This document shows positions 16,127 through 25,004 of a stretch of 30,000 bases of DNA, one piece after another; the first letter of the stretch is position 1; each line of letters opens with the position of its first letter. This DNA comes from Variovorax sp. (lineage in GTDB: Bacteria > Pseudomonadota > Gammaproteobacteria > Burkholderiales > Burkholderiaceae_C). Where the stretch lies: NCBI GenBank assembly GCA_041424275.1, contig JBGMOF010000037.1, forward strand, positions 96,790-126,789, read 5' to 3'. The translations under genes were made by a program, and so were the position numbers. The notes beneath the pieces are model-generated. The model did no database searches and was not told where the DNA came from. It saw only the letters and a list, made by a program, of their open reading frames with translations.

Positions 16127-16143
16127 GGTGTCGTTCCTTCCTT

Positions 16144-16893
16144 TCAGATCACTTTGGCGACATTGCGAAGCTTGTCGACCAAGGTGGCTACATCAGGCAC
16201 CTTGATGCCGGCGTTGCGTTTGGGCGGCTCGCTGACCTTGAGGGTCAAGACGCGCGGGGCGACGTCCACGTCCAGGTCTCCGGGGGTGAAGATGTCCAGG
16301 GTCTTCTTCTTGGCCTTCATGATGTTGGGCAGCGTGACGTAGCGTGGCTCGTTCAAGCGGAGGTCGGCGGTGACGACGGCCGGCAGGGAAACAGAGAGGG
16401 TCTCCAAGCCACTGTCGACCTCCCGGGTGACGGTGGCTTTCTCTCCGGCGACCTCGACCTTGCTGGCGAAGGTGGCCTGGGGCCAGTCGAGCAGGGCCGC
16501 GAGCGTCTGGCCGGTCTGGTTGCTGTCGTCGTCGATAGCCTGCTTGCCGAGGATTACCAAGCCGGGCTGTTCCTTGTCGACGATGGCCTTGAGCAGCTTT
16601 GCCACGGCCAGCGGTTGGAGTTCGGCGTCGGTCTGGATGTGGATGGCGCGGTCCGCGCCGATGGCCAGCGCCGTGCGCAGTACTTCCTGGACTTGGGTTA
16701 CGCCGGCGGACACTGCGACAACTTCGGCGGCCGCGCCCTTCTCCTTCAGCCGCACGGCTTCCTCGATCGCAATCTCGTCAAACGGATTGAGGCTGTGCTT
16801 GACGTTGGCCGTGTCCACGCCGGAGCCGTCGCTCTTGACGCGCACCTTGATGTCCTTGTCGACCACCCGCTTTACAGGAACAAGAATTTTCAT
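16144..16893 (-). CDS. etfB: Electron transfer flavoprotein, beta subunit
   Basis: 249 aa ([12 protein letters not shown]...[16 protein letters not shown]...[14 protein letters not shown]...), typical of EtfB. It ends 17 nt upstream of etfA. Confidence 0.95.
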   Translation of the reverse strand: MKILVPVKRVVDKDIKVRVKSDGSGVDTANVKHSLNPFDEIAIEEAVRLKEKGAAAEVVAVSAGVTQVQEVLRTALAIGADRAIHIQTDAELQPLAVAKLLKAIVDKEQPGLVILGKQAIDDDSNQTGQTLAALLDWPQATFASKVEVAGEKATVTREVDSGLETLSVSLPAVVTADLRLNEPRYVTLPNIMKAKKKTLDIFTPGDLDVDVAPRVLTLKVSEPPKRNAGIKVPDVATLVDKLRNVAKVI

Positions 16894-16904
16894 GGTCGAG
16901 TCTC

Positions 16905-18053
16905 CTATTGAGCTTCCAATTCTCTGGCGATGATGAGCCGTTGGACCTCGCTCGTACCTTCGACGATCTGCAGCACTTTCGCCTCGCCAAGGAGGCCAGA
17001 TACCTCATAGTCCTCGAAGACGCCATAGCCTCCATGAACCTGAACGGCGATGTCGGCTGCTTCGCCCGCGAGCTCGGTGGCGAAGAGTTTGGCCATTGAC
17101 GTCTCGGTGCGGAAAGGGCGACCTTCGTCCGACAGCGTTGCGGCATTGCGGATCATCAGTTCCGCCGCGTGAGCCTTCGTCATGACGTCAGCGAGGGGGA
17201 AAGTCAGCCCCTGGTGCTTGAAAATGGGTACCCCGCCCACCTTGCGGCCAGCGCCGTAGGACTGGGCAAGGTCAAGGCACTTGCGTGTCACGCCGAGGCC
17301 AGCGGCGCCCACAAGAATTCGGCCCACGCTAAGGGTCGTCAGAATTTGCTTGAGCCCTTCTCCGCGGTTGCCCACCATCCAGGCCTTCGGAATGCGGCAG
17401 TTGTCAAAGTAGAGTTCCACGGAAGGGGCGATGCGCCACCCGACCTTAGGCGATGCTTTGCCGACGGTGAAGCCCGGCGTGCCGACCGGCACAACGAACG
17501 TCGACAAGCCACGCGCGCCTTGATCCGGATCCGTGACAGCGATCACCGTCGAGAGGCCGTGCAATGGGGTTCCCGCGTTGGTCGAGAAAATCTTCGCTCC
17601 GTTGAGCACGAAGAATTCACCATCCTCCTCTGCGCGCGTCTTGATGCTGGCAACGTCGGAGCCGCCCTGCGGCTCGGTCACGCCGAACGAGGCAATCGTC
17701 TCACCTGCGCAAAGCGGTGCCAACCATTCCTTCTTCACGGCGTCGGAACCATACCGGGAGATCACCGTCATCGGCGCGCTATTGCAGAGGTAAATGGCGG
17801 CGAACCCAGGTTCCGCTCGTGCCAAAGCCTCGGTCACGATCGCCGCACCGCGCACTCCGAGTCCACCTCCGCCGTAGTCAGGGTCGTACGCGGTTCCCAT
17901 GAAGCCCAATCCAGCGAACTGCCGAACCAATTCAGTCGGAAACTCATGCTTCTCCACGAAAGCGCGGACGTTCGGGCGCAGGGCTCGCTCGGCGAAGTCT
18001 GCAATGCCTTCGGAAAGAAGGCGCTCGTCCTGGTTCAAATCCATCAACATCAT
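16905..18053 (-). CDS. Acyl-CoA dehydrogenase
   Basis: 382 aa with an ACAD three-domain pattern (...[13 protein letters not shown]..., C-terminal ...[20 protein letters not shown] carrying the catalytic-Glu motif). SD AGGAGA upstream. The start could be any of the clustered M codons (MMLM). Confidence 0.95.
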   Translation of the reverse strand: MMLMDLNQDERLLSEGIADFAERALRPNVRAFVEKHEFPTELVRQFAGLGFMGTAYDPDYGGGGLGVRGAAIVTEALARAEPGFAAIYLCNSAPMTVISRYGSDAVKKEWLAPLCAGETIASFGVTEPQGGSDVASIKTRAEEDGEFFVLNGAKIFSTNAGTPLHGLSTVIAVTDPDQGARGLSTFVVPVGTPGFTVGKASPKVGWRIAPSVELYFDNCRIPKAWMVGNRGEGLKQILTTLSVGRILVGAAGLGVTRKCLDLAQSYGAGRKVGGVPIFKHQGLTFPLADVMTKAHAAELMIRNAATLSDEGRPFRTETSMAKLFATELAGEAADIAVQVHGGYGVFEDYEVSGLLGEAKVLQIVEGTSEVQRLIIARELEAQ

Positions 18054-18068
18054 CTGTCTCCTAGGTTT

Positions 18069-19634
18069 TCAAACTTCAAACAAGGATGCGTCCATGACAC
18101 GGACATCGTTGGCGACGCGGACTGTGCCGCAATCCATCAAGCCCAGTACATCCCGTTGGATGTCGATCCCGGGGGCGATCTCCGTAAGCACCAGTCCCTC
18201 TTCGTCGACTCTGAACACTGCGCGCTCGGTGATGACGACTGCCGACTGACCGCGGCTCTGGACTCCTCGGAGCACCGGATAGGTGATTTGCTCGGCCGCG
18301 CGCACGAACTTTCGGGACTTGCCCTCACGGGTGATCCGCAACTTTCCGTCGACAACTTCGATCTGCAAGCCGCCGGTGGTGAAGGTGCCAGTGAACACTA
18401 GGCGTTGCGTGTTGGTGGCAATGTCGATGAAGCCGCCGGCGCCTGGATTGAAGTTGGCGAACTTGCTGACGTTCACGTTGCCTGCTGAGTCGAACTGTGC
18501 AAACGCCAGGGCGGCCATCTGGCAGCCTCCTCCATCGATGAAATCGAACTGCGCCAAGCCATCGAGCAGCGCTTCAGGATAGATGTTGGCCGAGAACTGC
18601 CACCCACTCATGACGATTCCGCCGAACACGCCGTGCTCTGTGATATGCGGATATCGCCACAGCCCGTCGTTCTCGAACAAGCCCTGCTCAGCCATAACGA
18701 TCGGGATATCCGACGAGGCACCGAAGCCAAAGATAGTGATCTCGCCCGGTCGCACTTCCTGCGCGGCGCGCCGAGCGATGACCTTGTCCGCACCAAACGG
18801 CACCTGCTGCAGCACGCCCGATTGGAACTTCCCACCCAGATAGCGCTTGTCGAAAGGCACATCAGTTGTCATGAGTGCCTCAGGAGCCACCACGATACTG
18901 TCGACCAATGCGCCGGGAACTCGTACTTCCACGGCCGGCCGCTCGCCCCGCGGAACGATTCTGCGCACCTGCGCGATGACCTTGCCTCCTGAAGCCTTGG
19001 CGGCCAGCACCAACGCCACCGCGGCAGACAGCAAGGGCTCGTCCTCGAATGACAGGTTGCCGTACTCATCGGAGGAACTGGCACGGATCAGCGCAACGTT
19101 AACGTTCCAAGAGGGATAGAAGAGATATTCCTTTCCATCGAACTCGCGCACTTGAACGAGATCCTCGGTGGTGGCCCCGTTTAGCCTGCCGCCCTGCTGA
19201 CGCGGGTCGGCATAGGTACCAAGCCCAACCTCCGTCAGATAGCCAGGGCTCCTGCGCGCGACCTCCCGCAGCCAATGCATGGACGCGCCGATGGGCCACG
19301 CGTACGCTTCGACTTTGTTGGCCTGTATCAGGCGCATCAACGCAGGCCGCTGACCGGTCTGCGGATTCACGGGGTTGATGTAGTTGCCGCACACAATCCG
19401 CTTCATCAGACCTTCGACTGCCACTTGGTCCATGCCGGGAATGTCCAGCGCATCGCCGGTGCCAACGGGGAAATAAAAGGTCAGGTCGCGCGGACCTTGG
19501 CCTTCGTCAAAGCGGGACCTGATCTCTCGCAACAGCGAGTCCGGCGTGAGCCATCCGATCACCCCCGTGCTGGCAACGACATCGCCGGAGCGGATGACAG
19601 CGACTGCCTCTCTGGCCGAGACGATCTTGCTCAT
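18069..19634 (-). CDS. Fused alpha/beta family-I CoA-transferase (acyl-CoA:acetate / 3-ketoacid CoA-transferase-like)
   Basis: 521 aa, a size and layout typical of fused AtoD/AtoA-like enzymes, with a GAGGFIDI motif in the C-terminal half. The start overlaps the crotonase stop (ATGA). Confidence 0.8.
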   Translation of the reverse strand: MSKIVSAREAVAVIRSGDVVASTGVIGWLTPDSLLREIRSRFDEGQGPRDLTFYFPVGTGDALDIPGMDQVAVEGLMKRIVCGNYINPVNPQTGQRPALMRLIQANKVEAYAWPIGASMHWLREVARRSPGYLTEVGLGTYADPRQQGGRLNGATTEDLVQVREFDGKEYLFYPSWNVNVALIRASSSDEYGNLSFEDEPLLSAAVALVLAAKASGGKVIAQVRRIVPRGERPAVEVRVPGALVDSIVVAPEALMTTDVPFDKRYLGGKFQSGVLQQVPFGADKVIARRAAQEVRPGEITIFGFGASSDIPIVMAEQGLFENDGLWRYPHITEHGVFGGIVMSGWQFSANIYPEALLDGLAQFDFIDGGGCQMAALAFAQFDSAGNVNVSKFANFNPGAGGFIDIATNTQRLVFTGTFTTGGLQIEVVDGKLRITREGKSRKFVRAAEQITYPVLRGVQSRGQSAVVITERAVFRVDEEGLVLTEIAPGIDIQRDVLGLMDCGTVRVANDVRVMDASLFEV

Positions 19635-20398
19635 GCGTCACCTGCTTTGCGCTTTGACGCCAGGGTGGCCAAGGCTTCTGGTTGCTGGCAGTTCTCGACA
19701 AAGAGGCGGTTGGCCTCATAGTCGATCGTTTCCGCATCGCGAAGCATCAGGCTGGAGAAGATGCGCCTCGTGGCTTGCACCGCGGCGGGAGGAAGCTGCG
19801 TCAGCCCCTGTGCCAGGCGGATGGCTTCCTTGTCTGCGGCCCCGTCATCGACCACATAGTCGACCAATCCGATCGAAAGGCATTGCTCCGCAGACAATGC
19901 TTCAAGGCAGTAGCACAACTGCCGGGCCTTCACATGGCCCACGCGCTCGATAAGCGGCTTCAGGCCCCAAGGCGTCAACCAGCCCAGAGGAACTTCGGGC
20001 ATGCTCCAGCGGGAGCCACGCTCCGCTATGACGATGTCGCAGCACGCGGCCAGGGTGAAGCCACCTCCGATCGCAAAGCCCTGGATGGATGCGACAACGG
20101 GCTTGGAAATGAGGCCGATCAGCCGCCCAAGGTCGCCGCATTCTTGTTCGAACCGCGCCATCTCCACCAGATCAAGCCCGGCGATGTAGCGCAGATCGCT
20201 GCCCGCGCAGAAGCCTCCTCCTTCACCGCGGAGAACGATCGCGCGGACGCTTGCATCCGTGTCCGCGGCCTGCAGCGCCTGCCGAGCCTCCTGGACCAGC
20301 TGCCGGTTCATGGAATTGCGCCGCTCGAAGCGATCGATGGACAGGATGAGCACATGCCCTTCCTGGCGCGCTGCAAGCGCCTTGTTGTCTCCAGTCAT
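19631..20398 (-). CDS. Enoyl-CoA hydratase/isomerase (crotonase) family protein
   Basis: 255 aa from ATG 20398 (MTGDNKALAARQEGHVLILSIDRFERRNSM...GGGFCAGSDL...). SD AAGGTG about 5 nt upstream. The track ORF up to 20665 runs through the AT-rich promoter region and the divergent gene. Confidence 0.9.
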   Translation of the reverse strand: MTGDNKALAARQEGHVLILSIDRFERRNSMNRQLVQEARQALQAADTDASVRAIVLRGEGGGFCAGSDLRYIAGLDLVEMARFEQECGDLGRLIGLISKPVVASIQGFAIGGGFTLAACCDIVIAERGSRWSMPEVPLGWLTPWGLKPLIERVGHVKARQLCYCLEALSAEQCLSIGLVDYVVDDGAADKEAIRLAQGLTQLPPAAVQATRRIFSSLMLRDAETIDYEANRLFVENCQQPEALATLASKRKAGDA

Positions 20399-20428
20399 AA
20401 ACACACCTTTATTGAGGATCGAGAGAAT

Positions 20429-20455
20429 GTAATATATCATTGATGTACCACAACG
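20429..20455 (-). promoter_or_regulatory. Promoter/operator-like module, copy A, facing the crotonase operon
   Basis: The minus strand reads cgTTGTggtACATcaATGATATATTAC. It contains a GntR-type TGT-N3-ACA dyad and an extended -10-like TGaTATATT. It ends 30 nt before ATG 20398. It matches copy B (22970-22996) at 21 of 27 positions. Confidence 0.45.
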
Positions 20456-20510
20456 GCAAGATGCCAGTTGAGGCTTGGCATCACCACTTTTCAAATTAAG
20501 GAGACACGCT

Positions 20511-21881
20511 TTGAAATCGCATGACAGGTACTTTTCAGAGTGGGAAGCGGTCAATCGTCGCGACGCGACAGACCTGCCGGTGCTGGCGGACGTAGACGTC
20601 CTGGTGGTCGGCGGGGGGGCCGCTGGCGTGGCTGCCGCGACCATCGCGGCAGAGGGCGGCTTCAAGACCGTGCTTGTGGAGCGCTACGGTTTCTGCGGCG
20701 GCGCGGCGGTCGCAGGCATGTCGGGCACGATCTGCGGCATGTTCCTAGCCAGCGACACCTTGCGAAAGCCCGAGCAGGTCGTGTTCGGCTTCACCGAGCG
20801 GTTCCGCGCTGAGTTGTGGAGGCGTGGCGGCCTGACGGACCCGCAGATCTACGGCAAGACCTGGACCGTCACGCACGATCCCCTGATCTGGCGGGAGGCA
20901 GCCGACCACTTCTTGGGCCGCGCCGGGGTAAGGGTACTGTTTCACACAGTTGTGACCAGCGTGCTGATGGAGGGCTCAAGCTACCGAGGCGTCGTTCTTG
21001 AATCTTCGGCCGGACGCAGCGTTGTGCGGGCTAAGCGCATCATCGATGCATCCGGAGACGCCTCGGTGGTGGCCCGGGCCGGGGGGAACTACACGTTCGG
21101 AGATGATGGGAAACTGCAGAATCCGACAATGTTTTTCCGTCTCGGGAATGTCGACCTTGAGCACTTCCAAGGGTGGTGGGGCGACGACACAATCTGCCCA
21201 GCCAAACTCAGCGACGCCATTCGGGACGGCAACGCCAGCGGTCGATATGTCTTGCCGCGCGAGAAGATTTGGGTCTTCCCGACTACACGGCCTTCCGAGC
21301 TTCTGGTCAACGCCACGCGCCTTCAGGGAGCTGACGGCCGCGCCTTGAATGTTATCGACCCTGCCGACTTCACCGAAGCTGAAGTCCTCGGCCGGCAGCA
21401 AGTTCGTGAGTACGCAAGATTCTTTGCCGAGCATGTCCCAGGATGTGACGGCAGCTATGTCGTCGACACCGGGGTTGAGGCTGGGATCCGGCAAACGCGC
21501 TCGATCGTCGGCCTCGACAGGTTGACCGCTGAAGATGTAGTGGAGGGTCGCAAGCGGCCCGATGGCGTGTGCCGGGTGCCTTGGCCCATTGAACTTCACG
21601 CAGGCGAACGCCCGCGGCTGCACTGGCTTCTGGACGACTATTACGAAGTCTCCTACCGCACGTTAGTGCCTGAAGAAGGCGAAAACATCATCGTCGCGGG
21701 AAGGTGCCTGAGCGCCGAGCACGAAGCGTTGGCTTCGGCACGCGTCACGGCGCAATGCTTCGAGTACGGCCAAGCCGCGGCGGCAGCGGCGGTCCTTTCG
21801 TTAGAAAGCGGCCGCGACTTCGGGAACATCCCGGGAGAGGAAGTACGCAGGGCAATGGAGAGCATCGGCAGCCGGTTCTAA
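20511..21881 (+). CDS. FAD-dependent oxidoreductase (PF12831-like)
   Basis: Dinucleotide-binding motif VDVLVVGGGAAGVAAA, then ERYGFCGGAAVAGMSG. The track ORF starts at TTG 20475. I prefer the in-frame TTG at 20511 because SD AAGGAGA sits 6 nt upstream. Either start gives the same enzyme. Confidence 0.85.
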   Translation: MKSHDRYFSEWEAVNRRDATDLPVLADVDVLVVGGGAAGVAAATIAAEGGFKTVLVERYGFCGGAAVAGMSGTICGMFLASDTLRKPEQVVFGFTERFRAELWRRGGLTDPQIYGKTWTVTHDPLIWREAADHFLGRAGVRVLFHTVVTSVLMEGSSYRGVVLESSAGRSVVRAKRIIDASGDASVVARAGGNYTFGDDGKLQNPTMFFRLGNVDLEHFQGWWGDDTICPAKLSDAIRDGNASGRYVLPREKIWVFPTTRPSELLVNATRLQGADGRALNVIDPADFTEAEVLGRQQVREYARFFAEHVPGCDGSYVVDTGVEAGIRQTRSIVGLDRLTAEDVVEGRKRPDGVCRVPWPIELHAGERPRLHWLLDDYYEVSYRTLVPEEGENIIVAGRCLSAEHEALASARVTAQCFEYGQAAAAAAVLSLESGRDFGNIPGEEVRRAMESIGSRF

Positions 21882-21979
21882 GAGGGGCCTCAAGGCCTGT
21901 TCGTCTCGGTCCTCACTGCCTCAGGCATCGCAACACGTCGTTTGCGCGACCCACGCGGGCGCGAGCTTTCAAAAGAACA

Positions 21980-22004
21980 GGTGGGGCGGCTGCCCGGCCC
22001 CACC
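21980..22004 (-). terminator. Candidate terminator hairpin in the convergent gap between the FAD oxidoreductase and GntR genes
   Basis: GGTGGGGC-N9-GCCCCACC, an 8-bp GC stem. On the minus strand it is followed by CTGTTCTTTTG, which is only moderately T-rich. Confidence 0.3.
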
Positions 22005-22035
22005 ATGCCGCCAGCCTCCAGGCCGTTAGACAAGG

Positions 22036-22707
22036 TCAGATCCTGCCCACCTCCCTCAAGAAAATTGATCGAGTGAACTGATCGATGTACTTCATCAGTT
22101 CATCGGCAGCCTGCTCCGCCGCATCCGCCTTCCCCAAGGCCACCGCACGGGCTCGCGCCGCGTGTAACTGTGAGACCTGACCCAGATTGCTCAGTTCATC
22201 GTGATAGCGGTAGTAGAAGCGGCGAGATAGGGCAAAAAGCGGTGTGATGGCCTTGAAAACGAACGGATTGCGAGCGCATTGTGCGATGTACTGGTTCGCA
22301 GCAAATACTGCGCGAACGTATGCCAGGATGTCACTCTCTTCTGCCGCTTTCTCGAACGCCAAGCCCATCTGAATGAGTTGCTTGCGCTCCTCTGGCAAGG
22401 CTTTCGTAGCTGCACTGGCGGAAATGAGACGCTCCAGATGCGACCTGAACTCGACGACTTGCAGTTGCTCGTAAAGGTTGATGTCGGAGATGCGCACCCC
22501 GTGCCGCGGCACTGTTTCGATCAGACGGTCTGCTTCCAGCCGCTTTATCGCCTCCCGCACTGGTGTACGGCCTATGGCCACAACGTCCGCCAGTGACTGT
22601 TCGGACCAGACGACTCCTGGCTTGAGTTCGAGCGTCACGATCAGCTCTTCCAACTTCTGATGAGCCAAGTCGGCAAGCGAGACATTGGACTTTGGGCTTC
22701 GTGACAT
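22036..22707 (-). CDS. GntR-family transcriptional regulator (FadR/FCD subfamily)
   Basis: 223 aa with an N-terminal wHTH (SEQSLADVVAIGRTPVREAIKRLEADRLIE) and an all-helical FCD-like C-terminal domain. Confidence 0.9.
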   Translation of the reverse strand: MSRSPKSNVSLADLAHQKLEELIVTLELKPGVVWSEQSLADVVAIGRTPVREAIKRLEADRLIETVPRHGVRISDINLYEQLQVVEFRSHLERLISASAATKALPEERKQLIQMGLAFEKAAEESDILAYVRAVFAANQYIAQCARNPFVFKAITPLFALSRRFYYRYHDELSNLGQVSQLHAARARAVALGKADAAEQAADELMKYIDQFTRSIFLREVGRI

Positions 22708-22889
22708 TGAGCGTTCGTGCAGTGATTAACGGCCAAATTATGAGGGGCAGATAGCCTGCGCCTTCTTGGCGTACCTCTGAGCGGGTGCGCGAAAGAAAGG
22801 CACCTGCTCACGCCCCTCCTGCCGCTCAAGCGCGAGCGCAGTGCTGAAGTTCTGGCCGGCGCAGTTAGAGCCCCGCCAATTCGCCGCCC

Positions 22890-22907
22890 GAGAGGGGGCC
22901 CCTTCTC
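22890..22907. repeat. 18-bp near-perfect GC-rich palindrome in the GntR/MFS divergent region
   Basis: GAGAGGGGGCCCCTTCTC. Every position pairs except one G:T. Function unknown. Confidence 0.5.
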
Positions 22908-22969
22908 AGCTCCGTAGCAAACCGTCCCTTTAACGATAACGGGGCCAGACCTCAGGGTAAACACCCAGA

Positions 22970-22996
22970 CATTGTAAAACATTGATGATATATTAC
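22970..22996 (+). promoter_or_regulatory. Promoter/operator-like module, copy B, facing the MFS transporter gene
   Basis: The plus strand reads caTTGTaaaACATtgATGATATATTAC, with a TGT-N3-ACA dyad and TGaTATATT. It ends 31 nt before TTG 23028. It matches copy A at 21 of 27 positions. Confidence 0.45.
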
Positions 22997-23027
22997 TAAT
23001 GCTTTACGAACTCGATCGGAGACAATT

Positions 23028-24407
23028 TTGAAAGCTTTGGACCTTCGGCTGCACGTAAATGTGGCCGCCCGACTCGAACGCTTGCCGATGACCGGCTACC
23101 AGCGTTTCATCTTCCTGATCATCGCCACAGCTTGGCTGTTCGATTCCATGGATCTCGCCGCGATGACGTTCATCCTCGGCTCGATCAAGGCAGATCTTGG
23201 GCTATCAACTGCGCAGGCGGGTTTGCTCGCCAGCGCGAGCTTTGTGGGAATGTTTTTGGGTGCCGGTGCGGCGGGAATGCTTTCGGATCGATTCGGAAGA
23301 AAACCTGTGTTTCAGGTGAGCATGGTTGCCTGGGGCGTGGGAAGTCTTCTGTGCGGCCTATCCAGGTCTTTTGAAGAGCTGGCCGCTTGCCGCGTCCTTC
23401 TCGGTATCGGAATGGGCATGGAACTGCCCATTGCGCTGGCGCTAGTAAGCGAAATAGTACCGACGAATGTGCGGGGCAAGTACGGGGCGCTCCTCGAGGG
23501 CTTCCTTCCCATTGGATTCGTGGTTGCGGGCACGCTCATCTACTTCACTCTTCCTTACGTGGGTTGGCGCGGAGTCTTTATCTGGCTGGCGGTGCCTGCA
23601 GCATTCCTGTTTGTGATCCGACGCCATGTTCCGGAGTCGCCCCGGTGGCTGGAGAGCCGCGGACGAAATGAAGAGGCGGAGCGCACTGTGTCCTTGATCG
23701 AAAGAAAGGTACAGGCAGCTTTGGGCGCGCCACTGCCAAGCATTGCGCCGACTGCAGTTGTCATAGCCGCTGAACCGAAAGGCATGTTCGCCACGCTGGC
23801 CGAGCTGTGGTCACCTGCCTATGCCCAACGCACGTCTATGCTATGGATTGTTTGGTTCTTCACCCTACTCGGGTACTACGGCCTGACTTCCTGGCTAGGC
23901 GCACTCTTGCAGCAGTCCGGCTACGACGTGACCAAGTCGATCATGTATACCGTGGTGATGTCGTCTGCCGGCATACCGGGATTCTTCTTCGCAGCGTGGC
24001 TCTTGGAGGCTATCGGCCGCAAGAAATCGGCGGTTCTCATGCTCTTGGGCAGTGCATTGACCGCCTACATCTACGGACAGTGCGCCGCAATGAAGCTGCC
24101 GATCGAGCAAGTCATTGCAGCCGGGCTGGCACTCCAGTTCTTTATGTTCGGGATGTGGTGTGTTATTTATGCCTATACCCCAGAGCTGTACCCAACACGC
24201 GCACGGGCTACGGGCGCCGGCATCGCCTCATCGGTCGGACGGCTCGGTTCGATCATCGGACCCTTTGGGTTGGGCCTGATCCTGCCCGTAACGGGGCAGG
24301 CTGGAGTATTCGCAATAGGAGCTGGCTGCTTTGCCGTCTCTGCCTTGACCATCGTTTGGCTTGGAACGGAAACCAAAGGAAAGGTGTTGGAAGATGTTTC
24401 CGCATAG
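23028..24407 (+). CDS. MFS transporter (metabolite:H+ symporter / sugar-porter-like, about 12 TM)
   Basis: 459 aa with the MFS loop motif (LSDRFGRKP) and repeated hydrophobic segments. TTG start with SD GGAGA 5 nt upstream. Confidence 0.9.
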   Translation: MKALDLRLHVNVAARLERLPMTGYQRFIFLIIATAWLFDSMDLAAMTFILGSIKADLGLSTAQAGLLASASFVGMFLGAGAAGMLSDRFGRKPVFQVSMVAWGVGSLLCGLSRSFEELAACRVLLGIGMGMELPIALALVSEIVPTNVRGKYGALLEGFLPIGFVVAGTLIYFTLPYVGWRGVFIWLAVPAAFLFVIRRHVPESPRWLESRGRNEEAERTVSLIERKVQAALGAPLPSIAPTAVVIAAEPKGMFATLAELWSPAYAQRTSMLWIVWFFTLLGYYGLTSWLGALLQQSGYDVTKSIMYTVVMSSAGIPGFFFAAWLLEAIGRKKSAVLMLLGSALTAYIYGQCAAMKLPIEQVIAAGLALQFFMFGMWCVIYAYTPELYPTRARATGAGIASSVGRLGSIIGPFGLGLILPVTGQAGVFAIGAGCFAVSALTIVWLGTETKGKVLEDVSA

Positions 24408-24485
24408 CCTCCTGTCGCCGACGAGTTCGTCAGCCTCTCATCTCGCAGACAGGCGCCTTCGCAAATATTGAGCAGACATAACGAT

Positions 24486-24527
24486 GCCTACAGACGCCTG
24501 ATCACCTCGCAGGCCTGTAGGCTTTTT
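24486..24527 (+). terminator. Rho-independent terminator downstream of the MFS gene
   Basis: GCCTACAG-AC-GCCTG [9-nt loop] CAGGC-CTGTAGGC. The stem is 8+5 bp with a 2-nt bulge and is followed directly by TTTTT. Confidence 0.7.
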
Positions 24528-25004
24528 GCATTCGCCCATCGCTTTGCTGGTCGATCAGACATTCGTTGCCGTACTCGATTAACGAAACCAGTTCTTGCCG
24601 CCCCGAACAACCCCTTCCCCACATTGGCAATTGGCTCGTCTTCACAAGCGACGTCGACTTGGCCGGCTCCGCCTCAGCTTTGTTCTACTATTGCCCCCCG
24701 TCCTCCGCCATCAGCTGGCATGCGGCATACCACCAAGACACTTGGCCGTTGTGCCGGCATCACCGTGAGGCGGGTCTACTACCGCCTTGCCACGCACGCC
24801 ACCTAACGGCCGGCCGAAGGAAGCGGATGCCATGGGGACCGCGCGTGCACTCTCTGCTCACTCCTGCGCTTGATAAGTTGCAATCGGGCATTCTTATGGC
24901 TGTTCATCCGGTTTCAAAATTGAGGAGGTTTGGCGATCCCCAGTCTCTCTCCGGGTGACCGCCTGCACAACTTATGAACCTAAACAGCTCGATTCGCAGG
25001 GGCA

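Noticed and set aside
22641-22982. 113-aa minus-strand ORF spanning the GntR/MFS intergenic region.
   Set aside because: It overlaps the GntR N-terminus in another frame and runs through the AT-rich promoter module. The sequence is Arg/Gly/Ser-rich and there is no SD.
24566-24958. 130-aa plus-strand ORF (and 24468-24806) in the gap after the MFS terminator. A GAGGAGG at about 24925 was also considered as an SD.
   Set aside because: The ORFs start inside or right after a terminator and have Pro/Ser/His-rich composition. The GAGGAGG is followed by a start codon only 1 nt away and a 15-codon frame. These are not credible genes, so the region is reported as unexplained instead.
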